Origin: an uncultured Elusimicrobia bacterium
GTDB lineage: Bacteria; Elusimicrobiota; Endomicrobiia; Endomicrobiales; CAIRNS01
Assembly: GCA_903880015.1 (NCBI GenBank)
Contig: CAIRNS010000025.1
Span: 36,621 to 100,620 of the forward strand
Reading direction: 5' to 3'
Length of the DNA: 64,000 nt
Under the pieces are notes generated by a model. That model was given only the letters and a program-made list of their open reading frames with translations, searched no databases and was not told the DNA's origin. Below, one piece after another: positions 20,001 through 28,136 of this stretch (its first letter is position 1; every line of letters starts with the position of its first letter). The position numbers were made by a program, and so were the translations under genes.

Positions 20001-20459
20001 ATGAAAATTTTGGATTTCTTGTGCAAAGACGCTATTACGGTTGCCCTGAAAGCCACCGATAAAAAAGCTGCTATCATCGAGCTGACTGAAATGCTTGCCA
20101 AAGCAAAAAAGCTAAAAAAAGCGCCTGAAATCATTGAAACGGTACTTGAACGGGAGAAACTTGGTTCGACAGGTATCGGACAGGGCGTGGCGATTCCTCA
20201 TGGGAAGACGGATATTTTGACAGAACAGATCGGTGCGTTGGGGATATCTCAAAAAGGAGTGGAGTTTAATTCCTTAGACGGCGAGCCGGTTCATCTGCTG
20301 TTCTTGCTGGTTGGCCCCGCCGATACTGCCGGGCAGCATCTTAAGGCCTTGTCGCGCATATCGCGGCTCTTGAAAGATCGCTTTATCCGTCAGGCGCTTC
20401 GTGAATCAAAGACAGTTGCCGAAGCGGTTGCTATTATCGAACAAGAGGATGCGTATTAA
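20001..20459 (+). CDS. ptsN: PTS IIA, Ntr/fructose type
   Basis: REKLGSTGIGQGVAIPHG, LDGEPVHL and HLKALSRISRLL; directly after hpf. Confidence 0.85.
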   Translation: MKILDFLCKDAITVALKATDKKAAIIELTEMLAKAKKLKKAPEIIETVLEREKLGSTGIGQGVAIPHGKTDILTEQIGALGISQKGVEFNSLDGEPVHLLFLLVGPADTAGQHLKALSRISRLLKDRFIRQALRESKTVAEAVAIIEQEDAY

Positions 20460-21394
20460 TGCCGGGAATTACCATCGGCAATATCCTGCAGGAGAAAAGC
20501 GAAGACCTGAAGTTGACGGTGCTCAGTGGGGCTGAAGGACTGGGACGCTATGTCAAGGTCTCAGAAATAAACCGACTGGGACTTGCGTTTACCGGGTATA
20601 TGGAATGTTTTCCTCAGGAGCGCGTTCAGATAGTCGGGTTGGCCGAAAATTCTTATCTTGAATCCTTGTCGTCAAACCCACAACAAACAATATTAGAAAA
20701 AATATTTTCCTATCCGGAAATCCCCTGTGTCATAATTGCCCGCGACCTTGAGCCCCTGCCCGCAATGATTGCGGCGAGTGAAAAGTTCAATATTCCTCTG
20801 ATTCGCACATCGCTGATGACCTCTCAGATAGTCGGCGAGATGATTTTTTATCTCGAAGACAAGCTGGCGCCGGTAACGAATATTCACGGCGTTCTGGTAA
20901 GAGTGTACGGGCTCGGCGTCCTCATCCTGGGTGAAGCCGGTATCGGCAAATCAGAGTGTGCGTTGGAACTGGTGAAGCGGGGGCATATGCTTGTTGCCGA
21001 TGACGCGGTAAAAATATACCAGCGTTCGGGCGGCATAATTGTCGGGCGCGGGGAAGAAATCATTCGTCATCACATGGAAGTGCGCGGGCTGGGGATCATC
21101 GATGTCAGCAGTTTGTTCGGCGTCGGATATACCCTTGAAGAATCGCGCGTAGAGCTGGTTATCCGCCTTGAACACTGGAGCATGAATCAGGAATACGAAC
21201 GGGTCGGCATTGATGAATCATATGCGACTATTTTGAAGATTAGAGTACCGGAAATTACGCTGCCGGTCGGCCCGGGAAGAAATCTGGCTGCACTCGTTGA
21301 AATCGCCAGTTTAAATCAGCGATTAAAAAACAAGGGGCATCACAGTGCTCAGGAACTCAATGAGAAACTTATCAAGATGATGGAAAAAAAATAA
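20459..21394 (+). CDS. hprK: HPr(Ser) kinase/phosphorylase
   Basis: HGVLV.VYG.GVLI.GEAGIGKSECALELVKRGH.LVADD, EVRGLGII and PGRNLA. Confidence 0.97.
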   Translation: MPGITIGNILQEKSEDLKLTVLSGAEGLGRYVKVSEINRLGLAFTGYMECFPQERVQIVGLAENSYLESLSSNPQQTILEKIFSYPEIPCVIIARDLEPLPAMIAASEKFNIPLIRTSLMTSQIVGEMIFYLEDKLAPVTNIHGVLVRVYGLGVLILGEAGIGKSECALELVKRGHMLVADDAVKIYQRSGGIIVGRGEEIIRHHMEVRGLGIIDVSSLFGVGYTLEESRVELVIRLEHWSMNQEYERVGIDESYATILKIRVPEITLPVGPGRNLAALVEIASLNQRLKNKGHHSAQELNEKLIKMMEKK

Positions 21395-21397
21395 ATC

Positions 21398-22339
21398 ATG
21401 GGTGCGAAAACATCTCTGTATATCATCACCGGGTTGTCAGGGGCAGGCAAAAGCCAGGCGCTAAAAATACTGGAAGACCTCGGATTCTTCTGCGTTGACA
21501 ATATCCCGGTCGAGCTGGTGCCCCGCTTTGCAGATTTGTGTCAGCAGATGCGCGGAAAGCTTGAGCATGTCGCGCTGGGGATAGATATCCGCGCCGGAAA
21601 ATCGCTTGAACAGCTCGGTGCCGTTCTGGATGATTTGACGGCTAAAAAGATTCTTTACAAAACCCTCTATTTCACCGCCAATGACGAGACCCTTCTTCAA
21701 AGATATTCGGAAACCCGGCGCCGCCATCCTTTGGGCAAACGCCTGCTGGACGCTATTAGAACCGAACGGCGGATGATGGACAAAGTGCAGACATTATCCG
21801 ACCAGGAGATTGACACTTCGTTTTTGACGCTCGGCGAGTTAAAAGAAATTCTTGCGACAGAGTTGTCTATATCAAAAACCGATGCAATGACCGTGGCCGT
21901 CATGTCGTTTGGTTATAAATACGGGCTGCCGATCGATGCCGATCTGGTATTCGATGTCCGGTTTCTCCCTAACCCCAATTATGTGCACGAATTGCGTGCG
22001 CTGACCGGCAAAAACATCCCGGTTAAGGCGTATGTGCAGAAGCAGAATCTCTATAAAGAATTTTTTCAAAAGATTTCCGGGTTGATAGATTTTCTTTTGC
22101 CCAACTACTGTACGGAAGGCAAAAGCTATCTCACCATTGCCGTCGGATGTACCGGCGGCAGGCACCGTTCAGTGGTGGTTGCGGAGCATCTTGCCGGACA
22201 TATCCGTGCGAATTTCCCTGTACAGATATTCCACCGTGATGTTGACCGCCGCCGACTTCCGCGGTCTTCGCCGTCGAACAGCGGTATTATCGGCAACCTC
22301 CGTAAATTATCGTCGCACAAGGTCTCCCGGCCGCGCTGA
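21398..22339 (+). CDS. rapZ: RNase adapter RapZ/YvcJ family P-loop protein
   Basis: ITGLSGAGKS, CVDNIP, ETRRRHP, SFGYKYG, DVRFLPNP, GCTGGRHRSV and HRD. Confidence 0.96.
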   Translation: MGAKTSLYIITGLSGAGKSQALKILEDLGFFCVDNIPVELVPRFADLCQQMRGKLEHVALGIDIRAGKSLEQLGAVLDDLTAKKILYKTLYFTANDETLLQRYSETRRRHPLGKRLLDAIRTERRMMDKVQTLSDQEIDTSFLTLGELKEILATELSISKTDAMTVAVMSFGYKYGLPIDADLVFDVRFLPNPNYVHELRALTGKNIPVKAYVQKQNLYKEFFQKISGLIDFLLPNYCTEGKSYLTIAVGCTGGRHRSVVVAEHLAGHIRANFPVQIFHRDVDRRRLPRSSPSNSGIIGNLRKLSSHKVSRPR

Positions 22340-22392
22340 CAGGGAAATGTCCGTTAGAGTTTGAGTGTTTTTTTACTGCCCCGCCCCCGGTT

Positions 22393-22420
22393 GTCATTCC
22401 CGAGGGTTTCATCGGGAATA
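22393..22420. repeat. REP/dRS3-like palindrome
   Basis: GTC-ATTCCCGA-GGGTTTCA-TCGGGAAT: perfect 8-bp arms at 22396-22403 and 22412-22419, in the rapZ-yvcK gap. Confidence 0.65.
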
Positions 22421-22498
22421 TGGTTTTTGTATTGTAACGATATAACACCGTATCATCGTTAGCCCCATGAGAATATTTTGAGAGAAAGCGGCATATGT

Positions 22499-23497
22499 GT
22501 GACTAAAAAATATAGTGACCGGTTTGCTGATTGCAAGATTGTCGTTCTCGGCGGCGGCACAGGGCTTTCATCACTTTTGCGCGGATTGAAACAGTACACC
22601 AGGAACATTACCGCTGTCGTGGCGGTGACCGATGACGGCGGCAGTTCAGGGACCCTTCGGCGCGAACTGGGCGTATTGCCGCCGGGCGATATTCGCAACT
22701 GTCTGGTGGCGCTTTCCGAGCAGGAAAATCTGATGTCTCAATTGTTTCAGTACCGGTTCCCCGCTGAGGGGTCTCTGGCAGGACATTCATTTGGGAATCT
22801 GTTCATTACTGCCATGTCGTCTCTGGCTGGCGGTTTTGACGGCGGCATTGCGTATGCAAGCAAAGTTTTGGCGATTCGCGGGGAAGTGTTGCCGGCAACG
22901 CTGAGCCCCGTTACGCTTCAGGCTGTTTTGGCTGACGGAAAAATTATTGACGGCGAGAGCAATATATCCCGCAGCAACGCGAAAATACGGGAAATCTGTA
23001 TTCGTCCCGGGCCGCCGCCGGCAGGTCCGCGGGTTCTTGAAGCGATTCGCTCCGCTGACGCAATTGTCATCGGGCCCGGATCATTATACACATCGATCAT
23101 TGCTAATTTTTTGGTACGCGGGATTGTTTCTGCGCTGCGCCGGGCGACGGTGCCGCGGATATATGTCGCCAACATCATGACACAGCCGGGCGAAACATCC
23201 GCTTATTCGCTGGCGGATCATGTCGCGGCGCTGGAAAAGCATGCGGGCGGTCGCATGGTCGATTTTGTTGTTGCAAACACCGCGAAACTGCCGCCGGTAC
23301 TGGCGCGCCGTTATGCGCGGGAAGAATCATATCCTGTGGTGGTGAATCTGCGGTCCGGCAGGGGAATAAAGGTCGTTAAGGCCGACCTTCTTTCGCGGGT
23401 CGAATATGCCCGTCATGATTCGGAAAATCTTGCCGCAGCTATTTTTTCCGTTATATCAAAGCACGCAAGCCCCGCTCCGGGGAGACGCCGTGATTAA
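22499..23497 (+). CDS. yvcK: YvcK/GlmR family (CofD-like, UDP-GlcNAc-binding) protein
   Basis: VVLGGGTGLS.LLRGLK, DDGGSSG.LR, PPGDIRNCL, HSFGNL, GPGSLYTSI, TQPGET and RHD. GTG 22499 is the likely start. Confidence 0.93.
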   Translation: MTKKYSDRFADCKIVVLGGGTGLSSLLRGLKQYTRNITAVVAVTDDGGSSGTLRRELGVLPPGDIRNCLVALSEQENLMSQLFQYRFPAEGSLAGHSFGNLFITAMSSLAGGFDGGIAYASKVLAIRGEVLPATLSPVTLQAVLADGKIIDGESNISRSNAKIREICIRPGPPPAGPRVLEAIRSADAIVIGPGSLYTSIIANFLVRGIVSALRRATVPRIYVANIMTQPGETSAYSLADHVAALEKHAGGRMVDFVVANTAKLPPVLARRYAREESYPVVVNLRSGRGIKVVKADLLSRVEYARHDSENLAAAIFSVISKHASPAPGRRRD

Positions 23498-23897
23498 TAT
23501 CATTGTTATGACACACGGAAACCTCGGGCAGGAGTTGGTCAATACGGCAACCCTGATTATCGGTCGGCAACCGGGAGTAATCGTTCTTGCGCTTTCAGGA
23601 CAGGACAGTTTGTCAACGATCACCGCAAGAACGGGCGATATACTCAAGGGCATGCCGGAACAGGACGGTACGCTTATTTTTACGGATATGCTGGGCGGAA
23701 CCCCCTGTAATGCGTCGCTTGCTTTTGCCGCCACCTACCCGATTGAAATCGTTACCGGCGTCAATTTATATATGCTGATTTCAGCGTGCACCAACAGAAT
23801 GTCGATGAATCTTCAGGACGTGGCGGCAAAGGTCATTGCAGACGGTAAAAAAAATATTGCCAACGCAAAAGAAATCTTCTTGAAACGGATACAATAA
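23490..23897 (+). CDS. PTS mannose-family IIA
   Basis: IIVMTHG (phospho-His), FTDMLGGTPCN and GVNL. GTG 23490 after SD GGAG. Confidence 0.92.
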   Translation: MINIIVMTHGNLGQELVNTATLIIGRQPGVIVLALSGQDSLSTITARTGDILKGMPEQDGTLIFTDMLGGTPCNASLAFAATYPIEIVTGVNLYMLISACTNRMSMNLQDVAAKVIADGKKNIANAKEIFLKRIQ

Positions 23898-23898
23898 A

Positions 23899-24390
23899 AT
23901 GCCTATTATGCTGACGCGTATCGATGATCGTCTCATCCATGGACAAGTTGTCGAAGGGTGGGTCAAAGCTATTGATGTTAACCACATCATTGTCATTTCC
24001 GATGAAGTCGCCAATGATAAGATGCAGCAGGCGTTACTGAGCATGGCTGTACCGTCGTCCATTACCGTTACGGTACTGTCTATCGATGATGCTGCGCGGG
24101 TACTGCAAGAAAACAAATACGCCAAAGACAATCTTTTGCTGCTCTTGTCTCGGCCGGCGGATGTTGTGCGGCTTCTGTACTATGGGGTCGCTATTACTTC
24201 AGTCAACCTTGGCGGAATGCATTACTCGCAGGGGAAAACACAGCTTCTGCGCAACTTGTCGGTCAATGAAGCCGATGTGGACGCTTTATTTGCGATTAGC
24301 GCTAAGGGTGTAGAGTTGGAAGGGCGGATTCTGCCGCGCGATGAGCGCATTGATGTCATCGAAATCTTACGCGAAAAATTCAATCGCTAA
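23899..24390 (+). CDS. PTS mannose/sorbose-family IIB
   Basis: RIDDRLIHGQVV.GW and VNLGGMH. Confidence 0.95.
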   Translation: MPIMLTRIDDRLIHGQVVEGWVKAIDVNHIIVISDEVANDKMQQALLSMAVPSSITVTVLSIDDAARVLQENKYAKDNLLLLLSRPADVVRLLYYGVAITSVNLGGMHYSQGKTQLLRNLSVNEADVDALFAISAKGVELEGRILPRDERIDVIEILREKFNR

Positions 24391-24403
24391 GACAGAGGAG
24401 CAG

Positions 24404-26467
24404 ATGGTCTTGAAAAACAAGGTTTATTTTATTCTGGGTATTCATAATCATCAGCCGGTCGGCAATTTTCCCGAAGTTCTGGAAATGGCCTACCAAAAAT
24501 CATATTTGCCCTTTTTGACGGCAATGCAGCGTCATCCTTCTCTTAAATGGGTACTGCATGCCAGCGGAATTTTATGGGATTTTTTCTGCGCGGAGCACCC
24601 TGATTATGTGAGCAAAGTCAAAGTCATGGTAGCAGCGGGACAACTGGAGTTAATGACGGGTGGCTATTATGAACCGATTATGTCGGTCATTCCGGACCGC
24701 GATAAGCGCGGACAAATACAGAAAATGACGGCGTTTATTGCTGATACATTCAAAACTACGCCGCGCGGGTTGTGGTTGGCGGAGCGGGTGTGGGAACCGG
24801 GCTTGGTCAAGCCGCTGGTTGAAGCCGGCGTCAACTATACGGTTGTCGACGACGCTCATTTCGCCGCCGCCGGCATGGATGTTGAATCGCTCAGGGGTTA
24901 CTATGTGACCGAGGACCAGGGCGTCAAACTGAATATTTTTCCGATAAGCCAGCGGTTGCGTTACGGCATTCCGTTTCAGGTGGTTGAGAAAAGCATTGAG
25001 TACTTTGGTTCGGTTGCGGCGGCTGGCGGCAATCCGGTTTTAGTGATGGCTGACGACGGTGAAAAATTTGGATTGTGGCCTGAAACCTACAAACATGTTT
25101 ACGAAGACCACTGGCTTGAAAACTTTTTGTGTGCACTTGAACACAACAGCGAATGGATAGAGACAACCACATTCGGGGAATATCTCGATCGTTTTCCGCC
25201 GGTTGACCGGGTATACCTTCCGACCGCTTCATACTTCGAGATGTCCGAGTGGACACTGCCTGCCGCGGCACAGGAAGAGTTTGAGTCGGTGGTAAAGCAA
25301 TTTGAACACCAACCGCGGGTCGCACGGTTTTTGAAAGGCGGGTTTTGGCGTAATTTCTTGACGAAATATCCTGAATCAAACACTATTCATAAACGCATGT
25401 TGGAAATAAGCAATCGTATTGAAAAAGCCCGTGCCGACGGTGTCGATCAAAGTAAACTGACCCTCGCGTGCGATGCGTTGTATGCCGGACAGTGCAATTG
25501 TGCCTATTGGCATGGCGTTTTTGGCGGGTTATATTTGCCGCATCTGCGTACCGCGTTGTACCGGGAGTTGATCGCTGCGGGTGTCGCACTGGATGTCGTT
25601 GTAAAAAAGAAAGCAGGATTCCGGACGGCTGACATCAATTGCGACGGAATCGACGAAATCATCTATGAAAGCAAAACGCAAAATCTGTACTTCGCACCGG
25701 CTGCCGGCGGCACGCTGTATGAGTGGGATATTCTTGGTGCGAAAATAAATCTGCTCAATGTTCTTACGCGGCGACCCGAGGCGTATCATCAGCGGTTGCG
25801 TGAATTTCTCGCTCACCCGCCTCGCGATGAGCAGGGAATTAAGACCATTCATGACATAGTCAAAGTAAAAGAACAGAATCTTGATCAGTATCTCCGCTAC
25901 GATTGGCACCGGCGCGTTTCCCTGACTGACCATTTCATTCACCCGTCGACGAAACGAGAAGATTTTAAACGGGTTCAGTACGGTGAGCAGGGTGATTTCG
26001 TGCTTGGTTCCTATGACGCGCGGTGTACTGCGTCATCGGTCGTTTTGTCGAGAACCGGGACGGTGTGGGAACATGATCGTCCCTGTCGTATTCATCTGGA
26101 AAAGACCGTCACCCCCCGAAACGACGGCATGAAGATTGCGTATGTACTGGAAAATCTTGACGATAAAGAAGTTGCCCTTGTTTTTGCGCCCGAGTATTGT
26201 TATGCGTTTTCATTCGGTACTGATCAGGACGATGCGTTATTGAATCAACAGGTTGCATGGACGCGGCGGGATGATCATTTCAAGGTACGTGTTGACATGG
26301 GCTGGTCTGAGCCGGCGGATATGTGGGTATTTCCGCTCGAAACGGTATCTCTGTCGGAAAGCGGATTTGAAAGAACCTATCAGGGGACTGTCGCTGCAAT
26401 TATCTTTAGGCTGGTTTTGCCGGCACACGCACGGCATACTCTCGCAGTTGAAGTATCGGTGAAATAA
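24404..26467 (+). CDS. GH57 4-alpha-glucanotransferase/alpha-amylase (with DUF1925/DUF1926-type C-terminus)
   Basis: HNHQPVGN, GGYYEPI, WLAERVWEP (catalytic Glu), DDGEKFG (catalytic Asp), SY.EM.EW.LP, WRNFL.KYPE, YWHGVFGGLYLPHLR and SESGFERTYQG. ATG 24404 after SD GAGGAG; no signal peptide. Confidence 0.93.
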   Translation: MVLKNKVYFILGIHNHQPVGNFPEVLEMAYQKSYLPFLTAMQRHPSLKWVLHASGILWDFFCAEHPDYVSKVKVMVAAGQLELMTGGYYEPIMSVIPDRDKRGQIQKMTAFIADTFKTTPRGLWLAERVWEPGLVKPLVEAGVNYTVVDDAHFAAAGMDVESLRGYYVTEDQGVKLNIFPISQRLRYGIPFQVVEKSIEYFGSVAAAGGNPVLVMADDGEKFGLWPETYKHVYEDHWLENFLCALEHNSEWIETTTFGEYLDRFPPVDRVYLPTASYFEMSEWTLPAAAQEEFESVVKQFEHQPRVARFLKGGFWRNFLTKYPESNTIHKRMLEISNRIEKARADGVDQSKLTLACDALYAGQCNCAYWHGVFGGLYLPHLRTALYRELIAAGVALDVVVKKKAGFRTADINCDGIDEIIYESKTQNLYFAPAAGGTLYEWDILGAKINLLNVLTRRPEAYHQRLREFLAHPPRDEQGIKTIHDIVKVKEQNLDQYLRYDWHRRVSLTDHFIHPSTKREDFKRVQYGEQGDFVLGSYDARCTASSVVLSRTGTVWEHDRPCRIHLEKTVTPRNDGMKIAYVLENLDDKEVALVFAPEYCYAFSFGTDQDDALLNQQVAWTRRDDHFKVRVDMGWSEPADMWVFPLETVSLSESGFERTYQGTVAAIIFRLVLPAHARHTLAVEVSVK

Positions 26468-27099
26468 TGGAAATATTCTATTTAATTCTGCTTGCGGCGA
26501 TTATCAGCATCGATATAACTGCCTATGGACAGTTTATGGTCTCGCGGCCGATATTCTGCGCGCCGTTGTTCGGCTGGTTGCTGGGTGATATTCAGACCGG
26601 GTTGTGGGTGGGGATGCTTATCGAGCTCATCTGGGTCAGCGTTATTCCTATGGGGACAGCCGTACCCGTTGACGCGACATCCATAGCCATCCTGACGCTG
26701 ATCTGGAGTTTATCCACCTTTCCCGGGCAAAAATCTGCAGTTATCACGGCAATGGTTTTTGCCGTTCCTGCCAGTATTTTGTTTCGCAAGCTGGACATTC
26801 TTTCCCGGATGTACAATGTTCGGGTTGCCCACTGGGTTGAAGAAGGGGTTCTCAACGGAGAGCCCCGACGGCTTCAGTACAGCGTCTATCTGGGCATACT
26901 CCTTTTTTTCTTCAAAGCCCTCGCCTTCTATGGGGTTCTTGTTTTTCTGGGTATGGGGGTAATGAGGGTCGTCTTTCCCCAGCTGCCCAACGCAGTAATC
27001 GCAGGATTTACGACATCGTGGCGCCTGCTGCCTGTTGCCGGGTTCGGCATGTTTCTCGTCAATTTTTGGTTTGGCAAAGTGTTGGGGATTAATAAATGA
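26467..27099 (+). CDS. PTS mannose-family IIC
   Basis: Q.MVSRPI, LGD..TGL.VG..IEL.W and P.G..VP.D; hydrophobic; TAATG coupling to GH57. Confidence 0.88.
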   Translation: MEIFYLILLAAIISIDITAYGQFMVSRPIFCAPLFGWLLGDIQTGLWVGMLIELIWVSVIPMGTAVPVDATSIAILTLIWSLSTFPGQKSAVITAMVFAVPASILFRKLDILSRMYNVRVAHWVEEGVLNGEPRRLQYSVYLGILLFFFKALAFYGVLVFLGMGVMRVVFPQLPNAVIAGFTTSWRLLPVAGFGMFLVNFWFGKVLGINK

Positions 27100-27860
27100 A
27101 AATACGGGATTTTATTTCTGTTTTCTTGCGATCCTTTGCTCTGCAGGCGGTATGGAACTTTGAGCGGATGCAGAATATTGGCTTTGCCTACGCATTGCTT
27201 CCCGCACTCACCGCGCTCTATCCGGACCCGCGCAAACGCACTGAGGCACTGATGCGGCACCTGGAATTTTTTAATGTGCATCCGTATATGGTCAATATTA
27301 TTTTGGGCACGGTTATACGCACTGAACAAGAGATCAGCAGCGGCAATACTTCTTTGACAGAAACGGTAAACAATACGAAAAACGCCATGGCGGGGCCGTT
27401 GGCAGCGATAGGAGATGTTTTTTTCTGGGCGACCTTCCGCCCGTTTATGGTTCTTGTTGCCGTCGGCATTATGCTGGCGGTACTGCGGTTTAATCTGGAC
27501 AGGTTCCTGCCGTTGGCGCCTTTGTTTTTTATCGTTGTGTACAATGTTATTCAGATTGGATTTCGCCTCATCAGTTTTCTTGCTGTGTACCGAAGCCATG
27601 AAGCAATCGTGCTGGTAATCCAGAATATGAAGTTTCAGAACATGCTGGACCGTATCCGGTTTCTCGGCATGGCGACGCTCATTAGCGTCATGGGGTTTTA
27701 CTTCATCTCGTACAGCCGGAATATGTATGATGGCACCTGTTTTCTGCTGGTATTTATGGGGTCTATTTTTATGGGAAGCACCAAACTGCCGCCGGCGGTG
27801 GTATTTTATGCGGTACTGTTATCAGGAGTGGTTATGTATATGATACGAGGGTATGGATAA
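27096..27860 (+). CDS. PTS mannose-family IID
   Basis: RSF.LQA.WNFERMQNIGF, RHLEFFN.HP and GPLAAIGD.FFW.T.RP. Confidence 0.93.
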   Translation: MKIRDFISVFLRSFALQAVWNFERMQNIGFAYALLPALTALYPDPRKRTEALMRHLEFFNVHPYMVNIILGTVIRTEQEISSGNTSLTETVNNTKNAMAGPLAAIGDVFFWATFRPFMVLVAVGIMLAVLRFNLDRFLPLAPLFFIVVYNVIQIGFRLISFLAVYRSHEAIVLVIQNMKFQNMLDRIRFLGMATLISVMGFYFISYSRNMYDGTCFLLVFMGSIFMGSTKLPPAVVFYAVLLSGVVMYMIRGYG

Positions 27861-28126
27861 TGCAAGAAATGACGACGACCATCAAGAACAAGTTGGGACT
27901 TCATGCGCGGCCTGCTGCTATGGTCGTGCAAACAGCCGCCCGGTTTAAATCGAAAATCAAGATTATCAAAGACGGGCAGGAAGTTGACGGAAAAAGCATC
28001 ATGGGCATTATGACGCTGGCTGCGGGTTTTGGTTCGCAGGTGCGTTTTATCGTCGTTGGAGAAGATGAAGTTCAAGCGCTTGCGGCTCTTGCCGAAATGG
28101 TAGACCGCGGGTTCGGGGAAGAATAG
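27860..28126 (+). CDS. ptsH: Phosphocarrier protein HPr
   Basis: GLH15ARPAA and GKS46IMG; both phosphorylation sites are present. Confidence 0.97.
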   Translation: MQEMTTTIKNKLGLHARPAAMVVQTAARFKSKIKIIKDGQEVDGKSIMGIMTLAAGFGSQVRFIVVGEDEVQALAALAEMVDRGFGEE

Positions 28127-28136
28127 GAGAAATGGC

